Assembly: GCA_951406725.2 (NCBI GenBank)
Contig: OX597815.1
Location: forward strand, 207,576,001 to 207,640,000
Reading direction: 5' to 3'
DNA from: Octopus vulgaris
Taxonomy: Eukaryota
Length of the DNA stretch: 64,000 nt
Part shown: in pieces, positions 13,401-26,174 of the stretch
Layout: each line of letters starts with the position of its first letter
Position numbering within the stretch: position 1 is the first letter of the stretch
The notes under the pieces: generated by a model
The model's database searches: none
What the model saw: only the letters and a program-made list of their open reading frames with translations
What the model was told of the DNA's origin: nothing
Translations under genes and position numbers: made by a program

Positions 13401-15554
13401 TTTTTTTCGTTTTGAATAAAATCTATCTATCCAGACTACATTGTAAACTTCATGGGTTTCAAGGAGCCAATAAAAATGTCTATCAATAGATGAAGTTATA
13501 AAGGACTTCTTTTCAATATGAAGAAGCACCACTGTTGACATAGAATCCAATACATGTTGAATGGGTGGTGACTAAACCAGTATGCACACCAGTCTAGCTT
13601 AGTGAGGAGGATTACTAGAAACACAAGACAAAACCAGAGACACCTGAAAGAAAGATATACTCAAGGCAGCAGCATCAAATATCTAACTATAGTGCAATGT
13701 CAAAAATTCAGATCTTGTATCTTATGACCACTAGGAGTGAGAAATCCATTGTTTTCATTAGAATCCTGTCGCTGAGAGGTCACTCTCATATGAACTCTGT
13801 AACATTGCAAAGACAAATACCTCATTTTAGAAATTATTTGCTGTGATAAAGTGCAAGAATTTTGTTGAAAACTTTTTGTAAAATTCTTCTTTGAACATAT
13901 TTTTAATTAGACATCCAACTTTTTCAATGAATTACTCAGTAGAACCAATTACATTGAAGAGGCGAAAATACAAATGGTCCTACTGCATCAAAATTGAAAA
14001 ATATAGACTGTTATAAATGGCTTATTACTTACAAATGTTGGCACCAGTGCTAAAAACCCTGCTAAAACAGACAGTGAAGTCCAGTGCAGTCTTCTGTCTA
14101 ACCAGTCTCTGTCAAACCATCCAACCCATGCCAGCATTGAATACAGACATTAAATGATATACACACACACACACTGACGTTAGTAACGAACAATGGATGA
14201 AGTTCCTTTCTTTTCTTCTGATCTGGCATTATAAGGTGGTTATGTACCCATCTGACGAGACTAACTCGTGGCATAATAGTATATGTAAGTGAAACATGTA
14301 TAGATTATGTAATTTATGGTGTAATGTGAAAATTTTGGAATTGAATTGCCAGTTTAATTTTGTTCTTGAATATATATATATATCATCATCATCACCATTC
14401 TCATTTAATGTCTGCTTTCCATGCTGACATGTGTTGGATGGTTTGACTGCGGGCTGGCGAGCCAGAAGGCTGCACCAGGCTCCAATCTGATCTGGCAAAG
14501 TTTCTCCACCAACCACTCCAAGAGTGTAGTGGGTGCTTTTACGTGCCACCGGCACGAGGGCCATTCAGGTAGTACTGGTATTGAACATACTCAAATGGTG
14601 CTTTTTATGTGCCACTTGCACAGGGGCCAGTCCATCAGTACTGGCAACAACCACACTTGAATGGTGTTTTTTTTTTCGTTCCACAGGCACAGGAGTTGGT
14701 CAGGCAACACTGGCAACGATCACTCTCAAATGGTACTTTATACATGCCACAGTCAGCAGCCCTGGCAATGATCACGCTCGAATGGTGCTTTTAACATTCC
14801 ACTGACATGGGTGCCAATCAGCCACGACAACGATTTCACTTGCCTCAACAGGTCTTCGCAAGCATAGTTTATTGTCCAATGATTGAAGAGTACTCTTAAA
14901 TGGGCTGACTATACAGCACTGGCATAGGCCATGGTTATGGTCCCACTTGGCTTGCTGGGTCTTCTCAAGTGCAGCATATCTCCAAAGGTCTTGGTCAATT
15001 GTCATTGCCTCAGTGAGGCCCAATGTTCAGAGGTCATGCTTCAGCACCTCATCCCAGGTCTTCCTGGGTCTACCTCTTCCACAGGATCCCTCAACTTCTA
15101 GGGTGTGACACTTTTTCACACAGCTGTCCTCATATATATATATATTCATTTTTATATTTATACATATTCTTTAACTTGTTTCAGCCATTTGACTGCAGCC
15201 ATGCTAGAGTACTGCCTTTTAGTTGACTAAGTTGACCCCAGAACTTATTCTTTGTAAGCCTGGCACTTATTCTATTGGTCTCTTTTCTTGAACTGCTAAG
15301 TTACAGGAATGTAAACACAGCAACATCACTTGTCAAGCAATGGTGGCAGGGTGGGACAAATACATACACACACACACAAGATATACAACGGGTTTCTTTC
15401 AGTTTCCCTCTACCAAATCCACTCACAAGGCTTTGGTTGGCCCAAGGCTATATTAGAAGAGACTTGCCCAAGGTGGCATGCAGTGGGACTGACCCTGGAA
15501 CCATGTGGTTTGGAATCAAGCTTCTTACCACACAGCCACTCCTGTGCCTATATA

Positions 15555-16117
15555 TATATTTATCAAAAGAAAAACAGGATGCAAAGGATTTAGCGGTACA
15601 TAAGTTTCTGGCTTTATTAGACAGTTTACATCAATGCATAATTGATGTAATATGTATGTCAATAGCCTTCTTCAGCCGCACACAATTACCACACCGAAGA
15701 CATGTATTACATTATAAGTTTGGGAAGCAAATCCTCATAGTCACATACAGCAGAGCGAGACACCAAAACAAAAACAAATCGTCCATACCGTCTTTCATCA
15801 AGTGAAAGACGGTATGGACACTTTGTTTTTGTTTTAGTGTCTCGCTCTGCTGTATGTGACTATGAGGATTTGCTTCCCAAACTTATAATGTAATACATGT
15901 CTTCGGTGTGGTAATTGTGTGCGGCTGAAGAAGGCTATTGACATACATATTACATTAATTATGCATTGATATAAACTGTCTAATAAAGCCAGAAACTTAT
16001 GTACCGCTAAATCCTTTGCATCCTGTTTTTCTTTTGATAAATATACCCTACCACCTACACCACTAACTGGCGTATACAGGTGCTTACTGTTATCAAGTAT
16101 TCACCCTGAATTTTTTT

Positions 16118-16120
<3 letters not shown>
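15555..16120. mobile_element. Palindromic PLE-like terminus: 243-bp arms, 5-nt loop, one-sided tail
   Basis: 15555-15797 and 15803-16045 are a near-perfect inverted repeat with a hammerhead in each arm; tail 16046-16120; TA tracts flank. Confidence 0.8.
15921..16007 (+). ncRNA. Type I hammerhead ribozyme motif, canonical C3-G8 core; mirror copy at 15593-15679 (-)
   Basis: GCGG-CUGAAGA-A-[GGCU AUU GACA...UGUC U AAU AA AGCC]-A-GAAAC-UUAU-GUA^CCGC. Stem I GCGG/CCGC, long stem II, minimal stem III, GUA triplet. Confidence 0.75.
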
Positions 16121-16155
<35 letters not shown>

Positions 16156-16173
16156 AAATTATTTGTCAATTAA

Positions 16174-16237
16174 GGCTACAATTGGTTTCATGTTAAGAGT
16201 AGGAAAATATCCAAGTATCATAGCAATTTTTCAAGCC
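16174..16237 (-). ncRNA. Hammerhead-like motif with U3-A8 core (separate family)
   Basis: Minus strand: GGC-UUGAAAA-AUUG...CAU-GAAAC-CAAUU-GUA^GCC. Stem I GGC/GCC abuts both core halves; stem II is decayed; adjacent to a TA tract. Confidence 0.5.
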
Positions 16238-16399
16238 AATTACATATAATCATTGTTTTATGCCCCCTGTCTACAGTGGACAGGTTTGATGGATCCATTC
16301 ACAAACATGGTTCAGGGGACTTTATTTTGTGTTTTATTTTGTCTTGATTTCTATAGCTGTGCATACATGTACATACATGTGTTTAGTGATGCATTCCTA

Positions 16400-17985
16400 T
16401 ACATTTTCTGGAAGGCAGGTTTGGGAGAAATGCTTAGAGGAACAATTACCTGGTTTTCATAGATTTAAATGAGGCATTTGACACAATAAACGAGGCACTG
16501 TGGATCGTTTTGTGTTTGCTTGGTTGCCAAAAACATCTTCTACACATCTTTGAGGAACTACAAAGAAGCATGAAAGCTCAGGTAGTCTTTAATGGTGAAC
16601 TGTCTCACAAATTTTTGATTCGACATTGGTGTCAAACAGTGAGATATTCCTGGCTCTGCTATTTCCACTACTTATTTTGCTTCATTGCTTTGGTATGCTT
16701 TCAAGGATTGCAATAGGGAAATCAAATTTCAGACATCTGGTTGCATTTTTAATATTACCCATTTTACCTATAAAGCGAAGACTTTCAGAACATGAGTCAA
16801 AGAATTTCTTTACTCTGATGTTGATTTGTAAGCACACTCAGAGAAGGATATGCAACATATAATGGACAGATTTTACACTGCATGTGTACATTTTAGACTC
16901 AAAATTAAGTCTTGGGGAAAATTGAAGTAATGTTTGCTCCCACACCAGGACAAACATTCTGAACCAACCGTTTTTGTGAATGGAACAAGGTTAGAAATCA
17001 CTGACATTTTTGTTTGCCTTGGAAGTATACCGCCAAGAGATGGCTTTGATGCAGAGATATTCTATCGAAGAGTGATGGGAAGTGTTGCATTTGGAAAGCT
17101 AGAAAAGTGAGTATGGGTGTATAGAGGTATTTCCTTGCAGACAAAAATCAGTGTATTGACTGCACTTTTTTATTCAAATAAGACGTGATCCACTCACAGG
17201 CATCATATAGAAATGTTGGAAAGATTTCACCAAAAGTGCTTCAGACATATCTTAGGAATCAAGTAGGAATGTTTCATACCAAATACAAATGTTTTGCACA
17301 TGACCCATTGTAGCTCAATTGAACATGTCATCTTGGCTCAAATAAGATGGGTTGGACATGTTATTCGAGTGAATGATGAGCAATTGCCGAAGCACCTTTT
17401 TTATGGTGAGCTCAACTCTGGTAAGTAACCACAACATAAGCCAAGGAAAAGGTATAAAGACTGTCTGAAGGAAAACCTGACGAAACTAGATGTGAACATA
17501 AGTGATTGGGAAACTGATGCTCTGCATTGGAACAAGTGGAGAAGTGCTGTTAGGGCTGGTTGCAATGGCTGGGAAGAAAAGATGATTCATCACTCTGAGC
17601 TTGTGAGATGTTGAAAGAAACAATTAGAACTGAAATCAACAGTGGATATGTTTTGTGTGCCATCGTGTTCTGTTGTCAAAAGCAGGATATGTGAATCACA
17701 TGAACCCCAACCACGTCTTACGACTTGTGTCATATATCAGAAAACTTGTAGGACGATATCTGGACTTAAAAGACATATACTAGTACACAAAAACATTCCT
17801 GCAGAATCAGATTCCAAAGGGCAAAGATGTAGAAGAAGCTTGAATAATATCTGTCACTTGTGTTTTAAACCCTGTCAGTCAGCAGCTGGTCTTAAAAGTC
17901 ATCTGAGGCATCAACAGAATGATTGTGCTGTGTAATGGTGTGTGTTGATAGGATGGCTATCATCTATCTAGATGAAGCAATCATC
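16400..17985 (+). pseudogene. Decayed RTE (BovB-like) LINE: RT to C-terminal zinc finger
   Basis: Fragments FIDLNEAFDTIN, GVKQ, QIRWVGHVIRVNDEQLPKHLFYGEL, KPRKRYKDCLK, CHLCFKPCQSAAGLKSHLRH; many stops and frameshifts. Confidence 0.85.
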
Positions 17986-17998
17986 GTGTGTATGTATG

Positions 17999-18042
<44 letters not shown>

Positions 18043-18045
<3 letters not shown>

Positions 18046-18262
18046 GGATCAAAACAGTTTGATTCAAATTCATTGGTACTCATGAGTTTCAAGCGCAATA
18101 CTAATTGTCAGCCATTCTGAATTTTAATTTTAAAATTCAAAATGGCTTACAGTAAGCATCATACTTGAAACTCGAGTACCAACGAATTTGAATCAAACTG
18201 TTTTGATCCATACATGTAATTCCCAATAAATTGGTTGAGTGCATTTCTTTTGTTTGTCCACT

Positions 18263-18266
<4 letters not shown>
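18043..18266. mobile_element. Palindromic PLE-like terminus with tail, in (TA)n
   Basis: Inverted repeat 18043-18212, tail 18213-18266, TA tracts on both sides, hammerhead remnants in both arms. Confidence 0.7.
18074..18114 (-). ncRNA. Decayed hammerhead motif; mirror copy at 18143-18181 (+)
   Basis: (-) UGG-CUGACAA-UUAG...CUU-GAAAC-UCAUGA-GUA^CCA; (+) UGG-CUUACAG-UAAG...CUU-GAAAC-UCGA-GUA^CCA. Both have palindromic stem III loops. Confidence 0.55.
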
Positions 18267-18311
<45 letters not shown>

Positions 18312-18312
<1 letters not shown>

Positions 18313-18670
18313 CTATTATTTAAAATCTGTTCTGTCTGTCTGTGTATGTGTCTTCTAGGATCTCGGGCATCCTCCATCCAATTGTGTTCAAATTTGATAT
18401 GTAGATACCGATGGTATCAAGGCATGTATAAGTCTTGAAAAAATTACAAAAATCGTGGGAAAAAAAATTACAAAGGTCGTGGGAAATCGTTTTTCTTTGG
18501 AATAGAAAAAAAGTCTATTGTTATTTCTGCTTTTGCTGCTGTCTCAAATCTAGGTTAAATCGGTGTTTCTCAAAGGGGAGGCCTATGGGACGGTCCGATG
18601 AGTTGTTTTGAAAAAATTTGGTTTAAATGTTTGACAACTCAGCACTGTCCATTGGACGGGATGTGTTTTG

Positions 18671-18674
<4 letters not shown>
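18312..18674 (+). mobile_element. Non-autonomous Helitron (decayed 3' end)
   Basis: A|TCTATTAT start, (TCTG)n, subterminal hairpin CTGTCCA-T-TGGACGG. Confidence 0.55.
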
Positions 18675-18715
<41 letters not shown>

Positions 18716-18729
18716 ACAGATAAATTTTA

Positions 18730-20440
18730 ACACCTGTTTTGCCATGTCTGAGCAGGCAAGCATCTTCTCTCACACAGTATACCCCCCATCAACATGATCA
18801 TATGTCATCTTTGTGAGGTGTAACAGTTTCAGATCTGACTTCACCACTTTGATCCCAGTTTTCCTCAATCTCCCTCTTTCTCGGGTTCCTTTCATTTTGA
18901 GTGCATGACATGCAGTCCATCACACACTCATACTAATGCAGTCTTCTTTCTTGTACCCTAAACCTGGTTCCTGTTTATGTTTAGTTTTTCTCTCAGCTCA
19001 TTTGTGCATATGGGTGTATTCATGCATATAGGTGTTACGCATTCAGTGGAGCATACTCATTCCCTTCCTTTATAACCTTTTGAGATTGCCTGTTTTCAAG
19101 GCCCACATCTCACAACCATGTAGCATCACACTTCACACAAGTATTGTATAATTTGAACTTCACTTTGAGAGAGAAAATCCTTCATTATCAGCTGAAGTAA
19201 TGGTTCCTTAAACCTTCTCCGTCCAGTTCTTACTTTGGTCATTGCATCCTCAAAAAATACTCATCTTACTAAAAAAATTAGGTCTACTCTGCTGTCAATT
19301 TCTTCTAAAGAACCACCTAGGCATTGGATGGAGTCTGCATCACAAGTTCTCTTAGTAGTTACTGCCTCTGTGCACCTGTCACATGCAAAGTTCACCTTTG
19401 TTATCCTGCATCTGATCACTTAACACCACTTGTGCATCCACAGTTTACACTGAGTGCATCTACTTCTTTTCTCTATACTGAGCAAGGTAATTTCCCTGAT
19501 AGAAGAGGTTGTTATCTCTTTCCTACTTCAGTCTTCGCTAAATTCACTTTGAAGATCTATGATTTCATCTTTTCCCTCCACATCTGGAAATTCTTTTCTA
19601 ATTCTACTACAGATTCATCTATAAGAGCTGGGTCATTGGCATAAAGAATCTCCCATGGGTAACTAGGCTTAACCTTCACTGCTATGAAGAGAAAACCACT
19701 GAGGATTGTGACTTGGTGTACCTTGTCCTTATACTGAATTCATATATAATGAAATTATTGTATACAGTGCTCAGGTGCACCACAACTTATCAAAAGTGTG
19801 TATAAAGCATATGCAGTAATGTACAAATGTCTGGAAAGCGAAGCGTATGAGTCAGATACATCCTTGCATGTGTATGGAGGGGAGAAAATCAGGTGTAGTG
19901 TTGGCGAATCTCAGAAAGCATGGAAGTTTTGAAGGATGCAGTGCTCTGACAACAAACAACTGATGCCGGCAGTTTGTTCCATGCTTCAGCAACTCTTAGC
20001 ATGAAAAAATGTTTCCGAAAGTCATGGGAGCTGTGCTGTTTTCTGACTTTGTAAATATATCCACGAGTGTTAGACGGGTGGAGTTTGAAAAGGTGCTCAG
20101 AGTTATTGTTATCATTAACCCTCACCTTACTGACTGCACCTCTGTACATGGCTTGCACTGTTCTCACAAGCTATTCATCAACTCGAGGCTTTCTCAGTGA
20201 CCCCCCAGATCTCAGAACAGGGAACCTTATCGTGGTCTTCTCTAGGTCAACAGAAGCCATGTATAGAGGATTATTCCTATATGAAAACTTCTCCTGCACT
20301 TGTCTTTCTAGAAAGATGGCATTTGTAGTACTTGTTGGCACAAAATCAGACTGTGTATCATGTTAGCATGAATGATCAGGGAGAAAGTTTATCTCCACCT
20401 TCAAAATCTGGTCAAACAGTTAAATTCCACTCTGATACTT
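18730..20440 (-). pseudogene. Decayed RTE-clade LINE interrupted by a CR1-like fragment (~19745-20110)
   Basis: RTE-like RTVQAMYRGAVSKVRV joined to CR1-type HDFRKHFFMLRVAEAWNKLPASVV in ORF 19889..20167. Confidence 0.7.
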
Positions 20441-20461
20441 CGCCTTTGCAGCAGTTGATGG

Positions 20462-20706
20462 TGTAGTGATGCCATCTTGGAAATCTCCAGCATGCATGCA
20501 CAGGGTTGGAATCTTCCGGAAGGCCTGCCGGAAGTTCCCACATGCACATGCGCAGAAAACTAGCAGCAGTGAAATTCTCTTGTATCTCTCTCTTTGATGC
20601 TAGCAGCTGAACGATAAAGACGTGTCTCCAGCAGCTCTCTCAAGCTGCTACCTCATGGCGCATCTCTGCTATGCTTGAATGGGTAGGATTGACTCACTCC
20701 ACTAGA
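20462..20706. mobile_element. Possible solo LTR
   Basis: GC-richer island bounded by TGTAGTG ... CACTAGA (imperfect TG..CA inverted ends); no clear TSD. Confidence 0.3.
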
Positions 20707-22289
20707 CTACTACCTATAAGCTCCTAGGTTGCCAATTCACCCAGAGGAAGGAAATGTTTATATTGCAAATCAAGGAATAAATATTTATACTCTCATTACT
20801 CTTTTACTTGTTTCAGTCATTTGACTGCGGCCATGCTGGAGCACCGCCTTTAGTCAAGCAAATCAACCCCAGGACTTATTCTTTGTAAGCCCAGTACTTA
20901 TTATATCGGTCTCTTTTGCCGAACCGCTAGGTGACGAGAACATAAACACACCAGCATCGGTTGTCAAGCAATGCTAGGGGGACAAACACAGACACACAAA
21001 CACATACACACATATATATATACATATATACGACAGGCTTCTTTCAGTTTCCGTCTACCAAATCCACTCACAAGGCATTGGTCGGCCCGGGGCTATAGCA
21101 GAAGACACTCGCCCAAGATGCCACGCAGTGGGACTGAACCCGGAACCATGTGATTGGTTAGCAAGCTACTTACCACACAGCCACTCCTGCGCCTATACTG
21201 TTGAAGTCAACAGAAAATCTTGACTCTTTCTTCAATTGATATTTAATGTAAAGGATGCGAGCAGCACCCATCCAGTGCAGGGACCTCTCATCCTGTTACA
21301 ATGGTGATACTGCTTTGCCAGCCATTGAACATGACACCCTCCTGTACTACTTGATATACTCTGTGAGTGATCAGCTCGTGCCTTATACAAGATGCCTTAT
21401 ACATCTCTGCAGTGATTTGATAAACCAAGTGCCTTTCCTGTCAAGTTATCCTTAATCACTTAATCCTCCATACTGTTGTGAAGTTGGTTGTCTAGTCTCT
21501 TAGGTCTGCTTCAGGAAGACCCTCGTTTTTCATTCAATATATTCTCTTGTTCAATAGCATCTCATAACAGCACTTCCATGCCTCTTTCTTTTCAGTCTGT
21601 AAGAGTGAGAGTGCTGTTATCTTATTGTATATGTTTTTTCTTATCCACAACGATGTCTGGATTTTTGCATGTTTGTGTATGTATGTATGTATGTATGTAT
21701 ATATAAATAAACACATTCACAGACACACCTGAAAAATTTGAGATGTCATTGGAGAAAAGTGTGTGTGCCTATATGTAATATATATATGTATAACACGTGT
21801 TATACACATTTGTCTGTCTGTCTGTCTATCTATCTCTCTCTCATATATACGATCTCATATGACTATATGCTTTGTTTTACATTTATATACTTTTATATAT
21901 CTATATTTATATATTTTTACATATTTATATATTTTTATATTTTATATATATTTTTACCATCCATATATTATTTATTTCATGTGAGGGGTCGTATCTTTCA
22001 AAAACTATATAACGTTTTGGTTGTCAATATCTTGAAAATTGCTTTTCCATTAAAATCTATTTCACTTTATATTCTTTTCGCTCTATTTAGTGAGTGCTAA
22101 CTTTTTTTTCTGTATAGGAAATTCATTTCCTTCTATTTTCATAGTTAAGAAGTTTGCTTCCAATCCACTTGGTCTCATGTTCAGTCCTTTTACACAGAAC
22201 CTAGGGCAAGTGTCCTTTATAGCCTCAGGCTAAACAAATCCATGTCAGTGGATTTGATAGATGGAAACTGAAAGAAACCTGTTCCATAT

Positions 22290-23060
22290 TTTCTTCGAGT
22301 AGCCACAACTGAGATGCATTTCCTAATACTGTACTGTGTATCTCTGCTTTCCATTAGCTTTAGCTTATCCTCAGCTTCATTTTGTGTATCTCTGCCCAAT
22401 GACATCAATGTAGTTCCATGGTCTTGTCCTCTGTTAGGGTGCAAAAGTCTTGAAAATACATCTGTTAGAACCTGTTGTTTGACTCAATAGCAATGCCAAG
22501 CATAACTGACTCTGTGTTGATCAAAAATAGTAGAAGTGGGTGGAATGCATCCATGAATCTCCTCTTGGTTGGAACCGCGAATGGCTCACTATCTCCAGTG
22601 ACCTCACACGGGACAATCAAGCATTGGGCCACCATGGTTCGTGATGCCATCAGGACCAGAGAAGAAGCTGGCTCAACCCACCCTGGGTGAACACCATCAC
22701 AAGTACAATTATGAATCTCCTCTTTGGTTTTTGCACACCTGCAATGAGTTGATTCGAGCCTTCATGAAAAACAATGTACACGTACCATCAAGGTAATTTT
22801 GAAGCTCCTTTTTCATAGACCAGCTCTGGGTTCCACTAAGGAGAATCCTCTTGATATATTTGGCTGACAGATGTTTGAAAGATTGTTAACGGCACTACGG
22901 GTTGACTTATTTCATGTGAAAATATCTTTGTCAGCAATTTAGGATGCAATGAGCTGCATGCCCTCATTGGCAAAAACTAGCAAATGGCTTTCTTCTTCAT
23001 TCAGTCATGTTAAGGCTTCTTTTCATTGACTGCAGCTTTCTCAAGATGTTGGCAAGTCCT
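22290..23060 (-). pseudogene. Highly decayed non-LTR reverse transcriptase fragment
   Basis: GDSEPFAV...HPLLLFLINTESVM...NNRF echoes the RT segment around the QG--LSP-LF motif. Confidence 0.45.
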
Positions 23061-23158
23061 GCACATCACACAGTTGATGAGCTGTAAGGAAAAATTATAC
23101 TTACACACATACAAATTTGTGTGATTGCATACACATATACACACACATAAATTTGTAC

Positions 23159-23345
23159 ATATATATATATATATATATATACATGAATTTGTGTGCATAT
23201 ATATACATGAATTTGTGTGCATATATATACATGAATTTGTGTGCATATATATACATGAATTTGTGTGCATATATATACATGAATTTGTGTGCATATATAT
23301 ACATGAATTTGTGTGCATACATATATATGAATTTGTGTGTGAATA
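23159..23345. repeat. 24-bp minisatellite, ~7 units
   Basis: Unit ATGAATTTGTGTGCATATATATAC; gives the spurious MHTNSCIY repeat ORFs. Confidence 0.9.
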
Positions 23346-23886
23346 TAAACATATATGAAGAAAGGTGAGTGCATACATATATATAAATTTGTGAGTATAT
23401 ACATTTGTAAATATATGTGTGTGTACACACAGGTGCGTATGTATTAGAAAGAATAATAGAAAAAATATTGCTGACATCTCTGTTCCTTCCTACAGCTGTT
23501 CAATAATCCTTAGATTATCATGTTATTATATAACATGTAAGAATCACATCTTTAGAGAATGGTGTCCATAGAGAATTATGAGGGATATATAATAAGTTTG
23601 CTCTTCTTGAGGATAGAAAAATTATGTATAAATATTAAATACACAGTTTAAGAGAATTGGCAAGAAGCTATTTTGTGCATTATGTATTCAGTTAAAAGGT
23701 TGGATGACAAGCAATTCAATGAGGTAGAAACATTCTTCAGAGAAACAGTCATAAATTCAAATAATGATGATTTGACAGACAGGAGGTCTATGCACTAACA
23801 AACCAAGATAAACAGACACAAGTGCATGTGAATACCAAGTAGGTAATTCCATTCACAGACATACATACTGAAAACGTGTGTGTGTG

Positions 23887-23925
<39 letters not shown>

Positions 23926-23932
<7 letters not shown>

Positions 23933-24090
23933 AAACAAAATGGGACAATGATGCAAAACATCCAGAAGATGATACAAAAAACACGGACGGGTCATTTGAA
24001 GCCTTTAATCTTCAGTCAAGAACTGGATCGTCCTTGCAATTTCGACTGATTAATCATGAGATTGCTCCTGTCCCATTTTGTATTTTTATA
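23926..24090. mobile_element. Short element with terminal inverted repeats in (TA)n, probable truncated PLE terminus
   Basis: AAAACAAAATGGGACA ... TGTCCCATTTTGTATTTT, bounded by TA tracts. Confidence 0.45.
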
Positions 24091-24126
24091 TATATATATA
24101 TATATAGAGGCATACATACACTTTGT

Positions 24127-24181
<55 letters not shown>

Positions 24182-24216
24182 TTACAAAATTAGGCTGTTA
24201 TACTTGCTCATAAAAA

Positions 24217-24256
<40 letters not shown>

Positions 24257-24350
24257 TTCTGCTAGTACTCATAAAAAAAGCTCCTTAATGCATCATTCTA
24301 CAAAACATATAGAATATATAGTATGATACAAGAGAAAATTATAAGGAGTG

Positions 24351-24820
24351 TATAAAGTCATAAATGTCAGAAATTGATGAAATTTTATTTTACAATAAGA
24401 AAATTCTAATATCATGACAAATTGTTTTGTGACTTAAAAGCATGTAAATAATTTATATTATTATATTTAATAATAAATAAATGAATTACAAGCCTGCATC
24501 ATTGCAAAATGCAAGAAGTCTTTCACAATAATGCAGAATTTAAGCTACATCCTTAGATGAAAGAAAGTCTTTGTTAAATACTAAACTCTCAGCATAACAT
24601 TATAAGACTTTCTTTTACAGAGGATGTATCTTAAATCTTGCATTATTTTGAAAGACTTTTTAACGTTGATGCAGACATGTAAGTAATTCATTTATTAGTA
24701 AATATACTTTAAATCATTTACATTGTTTTTAAGTTTCTTATGAAACAATTTGTGATATTTGAATTTTCTTATTAAATAAATTTTCATCAAACTATTTCTT
24801 TGTCATTTATGACTTATATA
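24351..24820. mobile_element. Old decayed palindrome (~230-bp arms) with tail on the left
   Basis: TATAAAGTCATAAATG / CATTTATGACTTATA ends; internal pairings such as AATAAGAAAATTC/GAATTTTCTTATT and GAAAGTCTT/AAGACTTTC. Confidence 0.6.
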
Positions 24821-24859
24821 TAAATCAAAGTGTACAGGATTATACATCCGTTGTGACTG

Positions 24860-24942
24860 ATCTTACCAATCAGTTTCGCACTGGAGGTCCAATGGGAATT
24901 TAGATAACAGCCTGATTATGTAACCCTGCACTCTTCAGAGAT
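24860..24942 (-). ncRNA. Type I hammerhead ribozyme motif, canonical core
   Basis: Minus strand: AUCU-CUGAAGA-GUGC...GUGC-GAAAC-UGAUUG-GUA^AGAU. Stem I AUCU/AGAU, near-palindromic stem III, next to a TA tract. Confidence 0.7.
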
Positions 24943-26124
24943 GACAGTTATAGAAGAAGGTATGGTGACTGCTCTATTTTGTTGGAGACAAAAAGACACA
25001 TCTGGTTTGTGAATGCTGTGGAAAAAACATGAACCAAGCAAGGGTTGGCCAAGAGTTATGTCCCTTTGCACCAAAAACACTGCCTCTTGGGGTTTTGCAG
25101 CATGACTAGAGTTTTCTGGAAATGTGTGTATATATACAGGTTACAAAATACCGATAAGCATTTCGCTTGGTGTGCTAATGTTTCTGCCAGCTTGCTGTCT
25201 TTGTAATTTAGTTTCTTATACTCAAAATAAATGAGTGAGGATGATAGATTAACATAGATAATATTCAGTAATGGCTTGGCATTCCTAAATAATAGCCACA
25301 TTCTTTAATAATAACTTCCTCAGAGATGTTAACCGGAAGAAGCATCAAATTAGATTATCTAAACTATGGTTTGAATGTTAAGATGAGGCAGTATTTTTCA
25401 TAAGTTAATATTTTATTAATATCTGTGGATGTTAATTTAGCAGATAGTGCATGTATTAGGGTGATGGAAGACTGTGCATGTATACACACATGCACAAATG
25501 CATGAATGTCTACACAGTCTCACACACACATAGAATATAGAGGTCATATTAGACAATAATTAGTATTAATGCTTAAAAAATATACTTAAAAGATATGTAG
25601 GAAATACCTGAAGAAGTGGCTTTATATGTAAACAATATAACAATGTTGTATGATCCTGAATATTGTTACATTCTTAAACTATATGATGTACTGTGTTAAC
25701 ATTTTGCTACAGAAATATATGCACTTACTACTTTTAATATATGCATAAGCATGTGTGTATATGCACACCCACACACATATAGGTGTGTATATAAATGCAT
25801 TTATACATATATATATATAAGAAACACAATTGGTTATTCCTTTGTTGCTCTAATTTCTTATTACTGCTCTGTACTTGACTAATACTTCATTCTGAACTAT
25901 ATGTATATTGAGTTCTAATACCAGGTTATTAGTATTGCTATACCTAACCGAAATATCGTGTTTGTGTGTGTATATATATATATATACACGATTACAGCCA
26001 ACGAATCTAGTCAATGCGCAAGGCAGCCATTATGCTCGCCCCCACAAAGCACCACCACGTGGACTCTGTTGAAACTAGTAAGAAACAATTATGAACTTTT
26101 TTATTACACTTAAATTTTTTTAAT

Positions 26125-26174
26125 ATTTTTGATACGGTTCGGTTTTTTTCAAGAAGAACCGAAACACGTAAAAT
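26125..26174 (+). ncRNA. Hammerhead-like motif (U3-A8, A9 lost or replaced) in a TA-inserted PLE-like fragment (~25985-26235)
   Basis: AUUU-UUGAUAC-GGUUC...GAACC-GAAAC-AC-GUA^AAAU. Stem I AUUU/AAAU, 5-bp stem II. Confidence 0.5.

Noticed and set aside
17642-17935. Host C2H2 zinc-finger gene
   Set aside because: It is contiguous with the decayed RTE reverse transcriptase and is the LINE's C-terminal zinc finger.
24620-24690. Hammerhead within the old 24.35-24.82 kb palindrome
   Set aside because: A stem II-like pairing and GACATGTA are visible, but both core strands are too decayed to call.
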